Below, one piece after another: positions 12,890-27,574 of a stretch of DNA of 64,000 bases. The DNA is from Stegostoma tigrinum. Taxonomy: Eukaryota. Both the position numbers and the translations under genes were made by a program. The stretch spans positions 39,330,985 to 39,394,984 of the forward strand of contig NC_081365.1 of the NCBI RefSeq assembly GCF_030684315.1, given 5' to 3'. A model generated the notes under the pieces. It worked only from the letters and a program-made list of their open reading frames with translations. It searched no databases and was not told the DNA's origin. Numbering within the stretch: position 1 is the first letter of the stretch; each line of letters opens with the position of its first letter.

Positions 12890-15800
12890 TGCGCATTTTG
12901 AACTGCGCATCACCAGGATTCAGGTGGTGAGGATAGGTGTGGTGTACAAGAGTTCATTACTTACATCATGTGGCAGCAAAAACTACTGGAAAAAGGAATG
13001 GAGGTGCAAGTGTCAGAATTGGATCCTGCTTACCATTACAAAATGTATCCTGAGTCAGCCCAGCTAGGCAAAATTCCAGGCCTATGCATGTGTGTGAGTA
13101 ACATCTATGAGGTACTCAAAGAGTTATCAGACAATGTAAACCATTTGTATCAATGGAAAGGTTATGATAACACTGAGTTTTCAATGGTGTATAACATCAC
13201 AATAGCATAGTTTTTTTTTCAGGTTCTCCATTATTTTGCTCGCCTCCCCCCCCCCGGCAACCCACAACCCCCAACCCCCAACCCCCACCCCACACCCATT
13301 TCCTCTTTGAAGTTTGTGGGTATCCATTTTCTTACAAAAATCCATTTGGAAATAAGATCTATTTCACCACTCATAAAATGATTAAAAGAATGGATGTCCA
13401 GAACCTCAACTTGAGCTACAAATCTTATTAAAAGAATTTTACGATAGGAATAATAGATTTAATACTTCATTAATCTTTAATTGGGTAGTTGCATAATATC
13501 TTCTTGCTTCTTTTTTGCTGAAGATCAATGTGTTGCACTGAGAAACTAACAATTAGTAGTACAGTTAAGAATACAGCAAATGAAAAAGGAGGGATGTATA
13601 TAATAACTGCATGTGCAATAATCCCAATGAATGGTAGAGTTACATTTTTCAATGGTAGGGTACGAAGAGAAAACGAGTTATAGAATATAATACATTATGT
13701 TTCAAAGCAGAATCTTTAGTGAAATTAATAACATTAATCAATTCTCCCTATTAGTGATTAGGTCCAGATATTAGGTCCTTTGGTTCATTGTCAATAAAGT
13801 GGAACATTCTTACTTTTTTTTATTAAACTCATAGATCTTACTTTAAACTTCTGGTGCAGGCTGTCTTTGTTTTAAAAATATGCGCCATGGGACAAACCTG
13901 GGTCAACCTTAATTACTAATTCTTCATCTAAACTCATAAATTTACAGTTGGTTTCTATGTTTGAGAAAGCTAGACACAGCCAACTCGCTGATATCTGATT
14001 GTATTGACTGCCAGCTGTGAATTTGGAAACATGGAGGTTGAAAATAGCTAAAATAACATTGTCACTGCATAATATTTACATCAACCACAAATTAGCCATT
14101 TTTTCCTGAACCAATCAGACTCAAAAAAATCCTTATTATGGATTACATCCCATGTCAAAAGAAGCCACCTAAGATTTGTGTGTTAATAATGAAAATAGTC
14201 AATATTTCAAGACAGCCAGCTTCTATGAAAATGGCATAACTGTCTGTTAAAATGAACCTAGGGGAAGGCTGGAATGCAAACAGTAAAGCAAAGAGATTGT
14301 AAGCCTCTCACATTTTCTAGCCATGTTCAATATCCAGGCTAATGGGCGAGAGGGCTTGCAAAAAATTAAATTTATCATGTACAAAATTGAAACAGATTCC
14401 AGGACACAAATGCTCAGAACATGTAACTTACTCTACACCACCCACGCCCTCAATATTTTCCTGAACCCAAACATTTAGATTCCTGGTTTTCCTCACATTT
14501 TACAGCCAAATGTTGCATATCACAGCAACCAGTAAAATCAATCTAAATGCTGTGAGCGTTTAACTGATTCCAATTTCCACATGCAAGAACTATTTGTAGT
14601 GCGTACCATTTGAAAGTGACTGATTTAATCTGAAGACTTTCTGAACCAGCATATGCATGGTACAGAAACAACATCAAGAATTTCCAGTCCTCACAAAGGA
14701 AACATAGTTTACTGTTTCTTTTCCCTTTATTCATTCACAGGATGAGGGCGTCACTGGCTGGACAGCATTTATTGTCCATCCCTAATTGCCCAGAGGGCAG
14801 ATATGAATGAGCCACATTGCTATGGGTCTGGAGTCACATGTAGGCTAGACCAGGTAAAGATGGCAGTTACCTTTCCTAAAGGACATTAGAGAAGCAGATG
14901 GTTTTTTGCCCCAACAACCAGCAAGGGTATTCATCACTATCAAACTCTTCATTCCAGATATTTATCAAATTCAAATTCCATCATTAAATTCCATGGCAGG
15001 ATTCAAACCCTGGTCCCCAAAACATGATCTGGGTCTATGGATTGACAGTCCAGCAATAATACCACTAGGCCATTGCCTTGCCTGGTTTCCTATTGTGAAC
15101 GCTAGTCATGACTCAGAAAATCTGTTGAATTTTTTCAGGCTGAATTGGGAGATTTAAGGAAAAAACCTGGTCCACATATTTAGATTATTGTCAACAACTG
15201 GAGAACATGTCAGTATCAAATAATGTAAGCATCATGAAGCAAGACATGCCTTGTCATTTCCTAACTTGTGAACCTCATATTTGGTATCACAATCAAAATG
15301 CACTGCCTGTTAATTTTTCAGATAAGTTTTGCCATTGTAATCAAATTGTGTGAATCCAAACATTCACTCATAAGCCAATGAAGATTCCCTATCTACAATG
15401 GTGTATGTTTAAATTGTGGGCTACAGTATTACATTTGGAAACGTATTGTAACCAAGAAAAGCAAAAGAATTACATAATTAAGTGGAAAAAATATATATAA
15501 TTGCATTAGTTGAACAAAAATTAATGTAAAGTAAATGAGTTTGAAATATAATTATGAATTAATAGACATACTATTTATACCGACACATGTCACAAAAACA
15601 ACTCAAAGTCATATAGCGCCTTTAGAACACAGAACATAGAACAATACAGCGCAGAACAGGCCCTTTGGCCCTCAATGTTGCGCCGACCTGTGAACTAATC
15701 TAAGCCCCTCCACCTACACTATCCCATCATTATCCATATGCTTATCCAAGGATTTACTATAGTAAAACATCTCGACAAGCAATGACACCAAGGGAAATTC

Positions 15801-16204
15801 ATCAATTCATAGCTCTATGTTAGAGAAAGAAATTTCTTTTTGAGTACAAGAACTTTCTTTTTGAATGGTGACAGGAGAGATGAGTGATGAGACACAATGT
15901 GTCTATATTCCTAACTAACTTACATGAATGGCTAACTCCACTTGAATTGTCATAACAGTTTGCCAACAAATTCATTTAATACTACAATATTGATATGCTA
16001 TAAGAAAATTGCATTCAAGCCAATACATTTATGCCAATACTTACACTGTAATCACCATTACTTCACTCTGATGTGATACAGCTCAAAATACTCCCCTGGG
16101 ACAAAGCCAATCCGAGAAAAGATAAACCTATAACTACATTTCTGAACTTTTTCACAATGTAGAGGATGTATTGCAAACATTTCACATTCCTATTATTTCA
16201 CATT

Positions 16205-18280
16205 ACTGAAGAGCAAGAACAAGCCAACACAATAATGGTTCAATGGAGAGTGTAGTGGGTATGCCAGGTGCAGCATGAGAAAATGAAGTGTCAAACTGGT
16301 GAAGCTACCAAACAAGACTACTTGTACACCAAACAGCATAAGCAGCAAGTGATAGACAAAAATAGGAGATCCCACAACCAACAGATCAGATCGAACTTCT
16401 GTAGTCCTGCCACATCCAGTTGTGAATGGTGGGAGACAATTAAACAACTCACTGGAGGAGGATGCTCCACAAATATTCCTTTCATCAATGATGGAAGAGC
16501 ACAGTGCATCAGTGCAAAACATAAGACTAAAGCAGTTGCAGCAACTTCAGCTAGAAATACCAATTGGGTGACTCATCTCAGTCTCATCTCAGATACGGTC
16601 ACTGGGAAGGTAGAGGGTTTTAGCTGTGACGGGCAGCATGTTGGTGCAGACTTGGAGGGCCAAAGAGCCTGGTCCTGTGCTGTAATTTTCTTTGTTCTTT
16701 GTTCTCCAGTGGTCCCCAGCATTACAGATACCAGTCTTCAGCCATTTTGATTTGCTGCACATGATAGCAAGAAGCAGTTGGAGACATTAGATATTGCAAA
16801 GGCTACAGGATCTGTCAACATTTCAGCAACAGTACTGATGGCTTGTGGTCCAGAGCTTGCTGCTCCCCTACGCAAGCTCTTTCAGTCCAATTACAACATT
16901 GGTATCTACCCAATAATATGGAAAATTGCCCAGGTACGTCCTACACAAAAAGTAGGTCACAGCCCAGCTGCCAATTATACAATGCCTAGTCTACAATGAA
17001 TCATCAGTAAAGTGATGGAGGGTGTCATCAACAGTGCTATCAAGCAGCATCTGCTCAACAATAACCTGCTTAGTGACACCCAGTTTGGGTTCCACCAGGG
17101 GCACTCAGCTCCTGACCTCATTATAGCCTTATTTCAAAAATGGACAAAAGAGCTGAATTCCAGAATTGAGCTGACAACGACTGTCCTTGATAGCAAAGCT
17201 GCATTTGACTGAGTGAGGCATCAAGAAAGCCAAGCAAAACTGGAATCAATGGATTTCAGGGGTAAATTCTTTAGTGGTTGGAGTCATCTCAGCTGCAGGA
17301 TACTTCCGCTAGAGTTCCTCAGGGTAGTGTCCTAAGGTCAGCCATCTTCAGCTGGTTCATCAGTGACAATTGCAAGGTCAGAAATGGGGATGTTCGCTGA
17401 TGATTGCACAATATTCAACACCATTTGTGACTCCTTAAATAGCAGCCTATGTTCAAATGCACAAGATCTGGCCAATATCCAGGCTTGGGCTGACAAGTGG
17501 CAACTAACATTCATGCTACACCAATTCCAGGCTATGGCCATCACCAATAAGAGACAATCTAACCACTGCCCCTTGACATTTAATGGCATCACCATCGCTG
17601 AATCCCCCACCATGAATATTCTGGGGGTTGTCATTGGTCAGAAACTCAACTGGACTTGCCACATAAATACAGTAACTGCAAGAGTAGGTCAGGGGCTAGG
17701 AATACTACAATGAGTAACTCACATCCTGACTCCCAAAAGCCTGTGCATCATCTACAAGTCAGGAGTGTGACAGAATACTCCCCACTTTCGTGGATCAGTG
17801 AAGCTGAACAACACTCAAAAAGTTTGGCACTATACAGAATAAAGCAGCCCACTTGACTGATACTACATCCACAAGTATCCATGCCCTCCACCACCATTAC
17901 TCAGTAGCATCAGTGTGTACTACCTACAAGATGCACTGCAGAAATTCACCAAAGATCATCTGACAGCGCCTTCTAAACTCACAACCACTTCCATCTAGAA
18001 GGATGAGGGCAGCAGATACATGGGAACACCGTCATCTTCAAGTTCCCCTCCACACCAGTCACCATCCTGACATGGAAATGTATCAGCGTTTCTTCACTGT
18101 AGTTGGGTCAAAATCCTAGAATTCACTTTCCCATGGCATTGTGGATCAACTCATAGCAGGTGCACTGCAGGGGTTCAAAAAGGCAGCTCACCATACTTTC
18201 TCAAGAACAACCAGGGATGGACAATAAAAGCTAGCCAGCTAGCTACATCCATATCGTACATCCCACAAATGAATAAAAAA
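16205..18280 (+). mobile_element. Decayed CR1-group LINE, family B (RT plus long 3' region). Other pieces at ~25880-26640 with 27575-28130(+), 30320-32720(-), 34760-35400(-), 52950-54160(+), 55150-55920(+)
   Basis: WKIAQV, QFGFHQGHSAPDL, LDSKAAFD, VPQGSVL and MFADD non-LTR RT motifs with many stops. A CR1 tail fragment is nested at ~16600-16705. Confidence 0.8.
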
Positions 18281-19394
18281 GAGCTGTGACAGTAATTTTC
18301 CAATTGAGGCTATCTGGATATCTTGCCCAAGAAGGTTCCAGCACTTTTTATTTCTGTACTGTGAAATGGTATTGTCTGTGGTTCACATTGATAAAAACCA
18401 TTTTAAGATGTTAAGTTTCACTGAAAAAGGCATTTTGCTGAAGGCGTTCATTTTTAACTCATCAGGACAATTCACAAGAATATCATCCAAGGAGGAAAAA
18501 AACAACATCCATACTGAATGAGAGGAGAATGCTGATTGGGTTGGCAAGTGAACAATAATTGGTTGAAGTGTTGCCATTGAGATGTGCCATATGTTCAGTT
18601 CAGAGTTATGATCTCAGTTGATTTAATGATTGGACAAGACAGATTCCAGACAGGAACCCAGCTTGATAGGTCATACTTTTATTTGCTTTAGTTTGAACTA
18701 AGTGGTCTCTCATTGAAATGCAAGTAAGTATGTAGTGCTGCAGACTTGCTTTGATAATAAAACAGAAGTTTATTACAAAACAAATGTCAAAATAGTCATC
18801 CAAACTATCTATTCGTTACAGAAACTTCTAAGTATTAAAAGCACTCTAAAAGTCTCATTTATCACAAAACACTCCATAATAAAATGAAAACAAGCAAACA
18901 GCTTTTGTATAGTACCAAACTGTCACTTCTGGTACAATTCCAAACATCACTCACATAACACTGACACTGGTATACCTGTATCTAACGTCCTAGTGGCTTT
19001 CAGTCACTTGCAACTTCCGGAGTAGAACTATGATAGCTTCTCGCTGGTGTGATCATACATCTAAGGTTCAATGTACTCAGTTTAAGTAAACACTTCTGTG
19101 CTTTTAATCCCAGCACAAGGTCTGGTATTAACACTAACCTTTCACTCCAAGGTAATCTATTCATTCAATCTATTATTCCCTTTTCAGGAGTATTGTTGTA
19201 TGCAACCATCCTGTTCCAAAGTCTTCCCAGGATTAAAATGCTACTCAAAGGTCAAAGCAAAATGAAAAGTCTCTCAATTATTGGAATTTCCCTTAAACAT
19301 AAAGCATCCTCAAATATCAAATCTCTCTACAAATCTTTGAGGCCCAATTATTATTCCATGCAGGATCACACACTTTCTGAAACGAATATCAGAC

Positions 19395-20160
19395 CATAAG
19401 ATATAGGAGCAGAAGTAGGCCATTTGGCCCATCCACTCTATTCTGCCATTTGTTAATGGTTGATATTTTTCTCAGTCGCATTCTCCTACCTTTTTGCCGA
19501 AACCTTTGATCACTTTTCTAATCAAGAATCTATCTCTTTGTGTTAAAAAACCACTCAATGACTCGACCTCGACAGTCTTCTGTGGCAATGAGTTCCTTAA
19601 AATCACCAATCTCTGGCTGATGAAATTCCTCCTCATCTCAGTTCTGAAAAGTCATCCCATATTGTATTCTATCTGCCATTTCTTTGTCCACTATCCTAGC
19701 CTATCCAAGTCCTTTTGCATCCTCCATGCTTCCTCAACACTACCTGTCCCTCTACCTATCTTTGTGTCATCTGCAAACTTAGCAATAATGCCCTCAGTTC
19801 CTTCGTCCAAAGTGTTAATGTATAACGTGAGCAGCTATGGTCCCAACACTGACCACTGCAGAACTCCAACAGTCACTGGCTGCCATCTAAAAAGGACCCT
19901 CTCAGCCTTCTGCCAGTCAGTTAATCCTTTATTCATGCTAATACCTTGGTCCTAATATCATGGGCTCTTACCTTATTGAGCAGTTTCCTGTGCAGCACCT
20001 TCTAGAAATCCAAATAGGTCACGCCCACTGGATCTCCTTTGTCTATCTTGCTGATTACCTCCTCTTAGAGTTGTAACAGATTTGTCAGACATGATCTTCC
20101 CCGATGAAGATATACTGACTTAGCCCTATTTTACCAAACACTTCCAAGTACCCCACAAGT
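19395..20160 (-). mobile_element. CR1 LINE fragment; further CR1 3' pieces at ~15625-15750(-), 25480-25870(-), 46433-46660(-), 53495-53750(+)
   Basis: CATAAGATATAGGAGCAGAAGTAGGCCATT tail; TTTGTGTCATCTGCAAACTT is KFADDTK on the minus strand. Confidence 0.75.
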
Positions 20161-21048
20161 CATCCAACAAAAAAAACAATAGTGCACAATACCTTTCATT
20201 CTACAGCCAGGCTTCAAAAACTGTTTTTAAAAGAAGCTGCCAAGATGACAAAAATAATTACTGGTTAACTATTAACGTCAGACACACAGAGAAACCCATC
20301 AGTTACTAACTCAAAATCCAGATCCAAACTTATGCCAAATATTATTAAAAATTATACACATGAACCCTATAGTTTGCATCACAAATGCCAAATTAAAAAG
20401 TTTGACAAAATGCACTCAAGCCCTGTACCACCAAATGGCTATTTATTTTAATTCTTTTCACAGCATGTATAGATTACTATACGAGTATCTGGGTGTATGC
20501 AGAGGACAGTAGAGACAGTCAAACTCTATATTCCTTTACCTGAATATTCCATTTATATAGACTGCATTGTAAAAAGATTTTTAATATTTGCCTTCATAAT
20601 TGCGTACATTTCTTTAAACATCCCCAGACCAGTCTCATTCCAAAAGTTCTCTCCTGATGCATGATTAGGAAAGTAACTTAGAAGCAAAGATAACTTTTCT
20701 GACATTCAGAGACAGGAAAAAAGATTCTCACCTGCCATTAGGTGAAGCAGATAACGTTAATAGAAGCATTTAACTCTCTCAAGGTATATCTGTCAGACGG
20801 GCTAGCAATAAATACAGTTCAATTTTCCAAAACAACTGTTCAAAGTCCTTTTTCAAACTCAGACTAGAACACTGAGTAGGGGCAAATATATTTGGGTTAA
20901 GTCAGAAAAAGAGGATTATGTTGAACTATACCATAATGACTTCCAGTGTATATTGGCAACAGCAATTCCTCTTCTTGCCAATAAAACCAAAGACAAAGGG
21001 TGGCTGAGGGGGGAATGGGCTACACAAGAGGGATTTTGTCAACTATGT

Positions 21049-21263
21049 TCAGAGATAATGGGAACTGCAGATGCTGGAGAATCCAAGATAACAAAGTGTG
21101 AAGCTGGATGAACAAACTGGCCAAGCTGCATCTTAGGAGCATAAAAGCTGATGTTTCGGGCCTAGACCCTTCTGATGAAGGGCGTAGGTTTGAAATGTCA
21201 GCTTTTATGCTCCTAAGATGCAGCTTGGCCTGCTGTGTTCATCCAGCCCCGCACTTTGTCATC
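21049..21263. mobile_element. Palindromic PLE-derived mini-element (older copy)
   Basis: Same family and layout as 2965-3195. TSD TTTTGTCAACTRTGT at 21034-21048 and 21264-21278. Confidence 0.85.
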
Positions 21264-21612
21264 TTTTGTCAACTGTGTGTCACTCCATATGGCTTTATCA
21301 GAAGTGTACACCACTTTTGTCCTCTTTCTTTTACTCACTTGTTTATACAATTTCAATTAAAATTTAAAGTGCTGGTAAATGCAAGCAAGCTTTTCAGTGC
21401 TGAAACCCACAATCAGCTGATTGTGTTGCAGTTACGACTGGTCTATTAGATATCCTCCCATCAAACAAAGAGCCTCTGCACCATAGATACTACCTTCCTG
21501 TACAACTCAATTGCTATTAACATTAGACTTAAGAGTGTTGCACTAACGTTTATCAAATTTAAATTTCGCCTGTAAATATATGCCATTACATTGAATTCAA
21601 TTCATTCATGTG

Positions 21613-22833
21613 TGTTATACAGAGAAAGAGAGGTTAAATTAAAGAAAAACCCTGAAGTTTATTTTAAGTAACAAGTAACAATTTACTTATTTAACCCTTA
21701 GAGTGAACAAATTAACAGAACTACCAACAAACCGAACAATTCCACCCAACTCCTAACTATTCACTAACTGAACAAAATTCCACTGGTATGCTAGTCCAAT
21801 AAACACAAGTCCCACTTATACAACCCAAGTCGTAAGAAAGAAAGTGAAATACAACTTGGTCTCACAAAGTCCACACAGAATGTGTCGTCTGGAAAGGTCT
21901 GCCTTCTCTGCTATTTCTCCAGTCATAAACACTTTACTTCCACTGATCATGCTGTCGGGGATGTTTTCTCTATGAAGACTCTCAGCTAGCAGTGTCAGCT
22001 ACTTTTTATAGAAAATGTGGTGCTTTCTGAGAGAGCTCAGATAGGGGAAGGTGATGGCCTAGTGGTATTATTGCTGAGCTGTTAATCCAGAGGACTAGAT
22101 AAAATTCTGGGGACCCGGGTTTGAAACCCCCCATGCCAGATGGTGGAATTTGAATTTAATAAATATCTGGAATTAACAGTCTAATAATAACCATGAATCC
22201 ACTGTTGATTGTCAGGAAAAACCCAACTGGTTCACTAATGTTCTTCAGGGAAGAATACTCTCGTCCTTACTTGGTCTGGCCTACATGTGACTCCAGACCC
22301 ACGGCAATGTGGTTGACTCTTAACTGCCCTCTCGGCAATTAGAGATGGGCAATAAATGCTGCCTAGCCAGTGACACTCTCATCCCGTGAATGAGTTAAAG
22401 AAAATATTTAGTGATTTCTTACGAGAGCTAGGTGCTTATTTCTCAGATGACAGTTCGCTCTCATGCTGATTTTCAAAAACCCTCTCCTTATATACCTTAG
22501 ATGAATTATCAATTTTCCTACATTAGCATTGGCCTAAGGTTGTCAAAACTGTCAAATTTAAATTCAATTGGCTTTTAATCACTAAATGCTTGGTTTAAGT
22601 TAATTGGCTGATTCCAGCTCATTGCCAAAACATGAAAGCATACCATGGTTTCCAATCACACAGTTGATACATGTTTCAGCTGCTACAGACAAATTTTCAT
22701 TTTAATCTCCAAACATAGAAAAGTACATCACCTCTTAAAGGGACTATGCACTCTTCTCCCTTATCTTTATTTTACAAACAAATTCTAGCTTTTTGCCTTC
22801 CAATTAACGATTATCCTACATAATTTTGTAACA
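21613..22833. mobile_element. Solo LTR (Gypsy/ERV-like) interrupted by a SINE
   Basis: Termini TGTTATA...TGTAACA; 4-bp TSD TGTG at 21609-21612 and 22834-22837. Confidence 0.65.
22044..22400 (+). mobile_element. tRNA-derived SINE, family 2 (best copy). Related copies at ~1-214(-), 2250-2510(-), 2720-2964(+), 14735-15080(-), 31130-31440(+), 52620-52900(+)
   Basis: A box TGGCCTAGTGG, B box GGTTTGAAACC, shared core CTGGCCTACATGTGACTCCAG; 3' tail matches LINE family B. Confidence 0.8.
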
Positions 22834-23434
22834 TGTGCATAATCATTATTTGTTAAGATTCACATAGTCAGAAAGCTAAATGTACGGCACGCCTCATTGT
22901 TGACGTATACTGATAATTACAGAGATATAAAGTACATTTCATGCAGGGAGAGTTTTTTTTTGTTCACTGTTTATCGAAAGTTCATGTTGCTATCCAGAGT
23001 TATACACACCATTCCAAACGCGTGGCTGAACTTGCAGGCTTAGTTAACCCTTCATTCAATGCATTACAAAGAACTTTCTCATAGGTCAGTCTCAGTGGAG
23101 GTAATGGAAATATTGCACTGAACATAAAGCCCTGTACGGCCTCTATCTGCCAAACCCCAGCTCCATATCACTCCTTCTCTGAGCTGGACACACATTTTGA
23201 TAGTACCAATAGTGCTCTTTTGGCTTCTAATTTTTTTAAACCTTGAATGATTGTTTTCTTCACTCCTCTCCCTGCTAGAATCAGGATGCCAGGAGCTTCC
23301 CGCTCTCTTCCCTATGCTCCCGACTCCATCAATGAATTTTATCTTTACTCTAAGTATAATTATTGACCATATGCACACTGAGTTGGGTCACAATGATGGC
23401 AGAGCGCATAGAGCTGGATATGTAACAGGCATGG

Positions 23435-23630
23435 TGAATGCTGGAGAAACTCAGCAGGTAAGATAACATTTGTGAAGAGAAAAACAGTTAATGTCAGAAC
23501 TGAAGCAGTCATATCAGACTCAAAACATTAACTCTGTTTCTCTGTCCACAGATGCTGCCAGATCTGCTGAGTTTCTCCAACACTTTTTGAGTCTGCTTTG
23601 GATTTCCAGCATCAACAGTATTTTGCATTG
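23435..23630. mobile_element. Degenerate palindromic PLE 3'-end element (third family)
   Basis: TGCTGGAGAAACTCAGCAG is mirrored by CTGCTGAGTTTCTCCAACA; eroded CTGAAG..GTC..GAC..AAAACATT core near the centre. No TSD seen. Confidence 0.6.
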
Positions 23631-26600
23631 ATCTACCAGAGTGGGATGTCCTCTCTTACTATCATCTGTATTTGGCTCTGTCCAGTAAACTTGTTGCTGT
23701 TGCTGTTCATTTGCAAGATTGCTGATCTCACATTACTACAGTCTTCATTCTCTGTCTTCCAATCGATGTCTCTTGCGTTCCTACATGACCCTGGCTTCAC
23801 TGATCACCCTTGCTGGTTCCAAGCCTCGAAGGAAGCTGCTATTCTGCTCCTCCCCTCAAATTTGTCACAGACTTAAACAAAGCAAATTGCTGACATATAA
23901 CTGCACAAGGTGACAGGTGTACTCTATCTTTGAACAACCAGGGACCAAATGTCACAAGGTTCTCATTTCTAAAGTGCAGTCTTATGGGACTTGTAACTCA
24001 AGCTTTGTTTATCTCTCTCCACAGGTGCTGCCAGGCCAAAGTTTCTCCAGCACTCTGTTTTTATGTCACAAGATTTTCATTTGCTGCTGAAGTCATTTTT
24101 GAGCTGGGTTATACTTTAGGTTTTATGCTAATAAGTATTTATGTGATGCAAGTAAATAATAAATATGACCATGCCACAGGCCACTGTGAAGCTCAGTACA
24201 CCATAAATATGTTGCAATCTCTGCACTTGAACCTACCACTGGGAAATTGAGACTTCATATCCCATCTAATTAAGATACGCTACTCATTATACCTCCCATA
24301 ATGCTTAAGCTTACATACATAACTTGAGGCTATGATGTAGCCTTTTATCCCAACAATAACTGATCCAGCATTTTATTTTTGTTTTTGTGTTTTTTAAGTG
24401 TACGCGTTAACTTTGTCGAACTGTTAATATCACAGCTTTATTGTGGTTATAAATTTAAAAGGTTTTCAAACCCTCTTTCAACTTCTTGAACGTACCACCC
24501 TGAAATCTTCAATGGCTGAGATTTCACAGGAAGAATTCTCTAAACTGGGGCACTCTAACTTCAAAGGACTCAGCGCTTGAAGATTCAATGTTTCCTCTCA
24601 TTAAGATGCATGGATTGAAGAATGTTGAGACCCCAAGCTGCAGATTAGGACTGACTTTGAATAAAATTTAAATATCTTTGGAAAATCTTCCAGTTGAGAA
24701 AAAGCCGGTTCAGTCATGAATTAAATATTGTTTGCTTTCGGTCTGTAAAAGACTGTACTTCAGTAACCATGCACTATCAATTATCATGCCTGAAAATAGG
24801 GGTTGAGAATCTACCAAGCCTTTACATTTTAAACACAATTTAAGGATTAATTTCATCGTGAATCTTCTACCTGGAGCTGGCTTTCTGGAGTTGTGGTTCA
24901 TGCTGTTTCCTAAGCCCCAGGGTGTGTGTTTGCTTTAAACAAGCAAGAGCGATAAATAATTAACTGTCAATTACAAAACTGATCACTGGAACTGCTTTAA
25001 GTGTAGAGAGCAGCTGAGACACAAAACCATGCAAAGTCATTTCAAGTAAGACAGCCAAGTTGTTTGAAAAGGGATATGCACACATACTTGATAATATTTT
25101 GATTCTGGAAAACATTATCAATGACCAATAGGTCAATTGACCTGGTGTTAGTTTGGAAAAAGTCATAAATTTAAATTAAGAACTTACAATCTTTTCCTGC
25201 AAATATGTCAGTGTTTCCAAAAGGGCTGATAATATTTTTAACGTATGTGGTTGTAAAATGGAGTAGAAGACATCCTGGAAACTTGAAAAACCTGTATTAG
25301 ATCCTGGGAGAGATACAGTTACACTGCCTGATGCAAAATAGCTCTCAACTTAATTGTACTAGCTCTGTGCAAAATGTATCACAGAGTGGTTTCAGAACAG
25401 GATAGAATTTGACTAATTGTGCCTGTGCTGAATCTCTGAAAAAGTAACTTAGCAAGTGCCACTACCAAGCCTTCTTTCTGGATCGTCTTCCTTTGCAATT
25501 AATAATCCAATTCCTTGTCAACTGAACCTGAATTCAGTACACCGTCTGTCAGTGCAATCCAGATATTAACCACTCATTTTTCCTCATATTTCTGTTGCTT
25601 CTCTTGTTAATAAATGTCGTCTGTGCAGTCCTGTTCCATCTATTCTTCCATAATGGAAATAGGTTTTCCCTATCTACCCTGTGCAGGAGTCTTATTATTT
25701 TGAACACTTCCATCAAATCTGATAGCCTCCCCTTCAACAAGAAAAATAATCACAATCTCTCCAGTTTATAACTAACTAAAGATTCTCACACCAGAACCAT
25801 TTCTGTCTCTTTTTAATGCATTCTCTCCAATGCCATTACGTTTTTCCTGAAGGATGGTGCCTGGAAGCAGTTATTTCCACCACTAAAGTGATGGAAGATG
25901 TCGTCAACAGTTTCATCAAGCTGCACCTGCTCACTGATGCCCAGTTTGGGTTCTGCCAGGGCCAATCAGCTCCTGACAACATTCCAGCCTTGGTTTAAAC
26001 ATGCTCAAAAGCACTAGTCCCAGAGGCGAGGTGAGAGTGACACCCCTTGACATCATGGCAGCATTCAACCAAGTGTAACATCAAGCAGCCATAACAAAAC
26101 TGGAATCAATGGGAAATAGTGGAAAACTCTTGATAGGTTGGAGTCATAGCTGAAAGATAGGAAGAAGGCTGTGGTTTTTGGATGTCATCTCAGTCATCTC
26201 AGCTCCAGGACATCTCTGTAGGTGGTCAGGATAGTGTCCTAGACTCCACCATCTTCAAATGCTTCATCAACAGCCTTCCCTCCAGTATAAGGTCAGAAGT
26301 GGGGATGTTGACTGATGATTGCATAATGTTCAGCACCACCCGCAGCTCTTCAAATACTGGAGCAGTTCATGTTTAAATACAATAAGAGCTTGACAATATT
26401 TACACTGAGCTGACAAATGGCAAGTAACATTCATGCCACACAAATGCTAGGCAATGATCATTTCTAATAAGAGACAATCATCTCCGCTCTTGACACTAAA
26501 TGGCATTACAATCACTGAATTCCCCACGGTCAGCATCCTAGGGAGTTACCATTGCCCAGAATTTCAACTGGACTCACCATACATATGTGGCTACAACAGC

Positions 26601-26652
26601 AGGTCAGAGGCTAGGAGCAGGAGCAAGTTACTCACCTCCCGAGTTCCTGCAA

Positions 26653-27574
26653 TGTTGGGTTTTAAAATGATATCTTCAAACCAGACCACAAAATGTCTGC
26701 GGCACGGTGGCTCAGTGGTTGGCACTGCGGCTTCACAGCGCCAGGGGCCCGGGTTTGATTCCTGCCTCAGGCGACTGTCTGTGTGGAGTTTGCACATTCT
26801 CCCTGTGTCTGCTTGGGTTTCCTCCGGGCGCTCCGGTTTCCTCCCACAGCCCAAAGATGTGCAGGCTAGGTGGATTGGCCATGCTAAATTGCCCGTAGTG
26901 TCCAGGGGTGTGTGGGTTATAGGGGGAGGGGTCTGGCTGGGATGCTTCAAGGGGCAGTGTGGACTTGTTGGGCCAAAAGGCCTGTTTCCACACTGTAGGG
27001 AATCTAATCTAAAAGGTTTAATCATTAAGGGTTAATTGTTCATGGCAAGAAACAATTGTTGGAAAGCAGAGAGTACATGAAAAGTAGGCCTGTTTTGACT
27101 AGGAGGTTACTGTATGACACTGAATTGTCTGTGAGAACTGTCCTGTTGTGCAGTTACGTGGGGCCACATGGGTTTATTTCTCAGCCTGTTTTGAACCTTG
27201 AGAAAGTTCTGCTGTCATGATGAAATGGGGGTTCATCGTATTACCTCAGATTCAGATTGAATTAATACCAGGGACTTTGACATACTCCTCAGACTTTTGA
27301 CCACTGGACTGGAGTTCTCTAGATCAGTGCCATGGAATACCATTGCCAAAGTCCCTGTTGGATGGAAGGCAATGCGAGATTCACATGTTTATATTTATTA
27401 TATACACATATTATATAGTTTAGGCTAATAGATACAGTCATCAAATTGCATACGTTTCTAATATATACTAAGTAGGTTAAGATAATAAATTTACTTCATT
27501 TTAAAGTGCACATGTCTTCTTGCACTAATTTTGGTCAGACATTAAAGAATCCATTAGGTACTTTCAGCCTAACA
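26653..27574 (+). mobile_element. Possible solo LTR inside a LINE, itself carrying an HE1 SINE
   Basis: TGTTGGG...CCTAACA termini and AATAAA near 27485; splits LINE family B. No clear TSD. Confidence 0.45.
26699..27010 (+). mobile_element. HE1-type V-SINE
   Basis: Full head, V-domain and tail, ending in (AATCT)n. Confidence 0.88.

Noticed and set aside
12696-13067. ORFs with CV or HT repeats (also 43217-43562)
   Set aside because: Translation of dinucleotide microsatellites.
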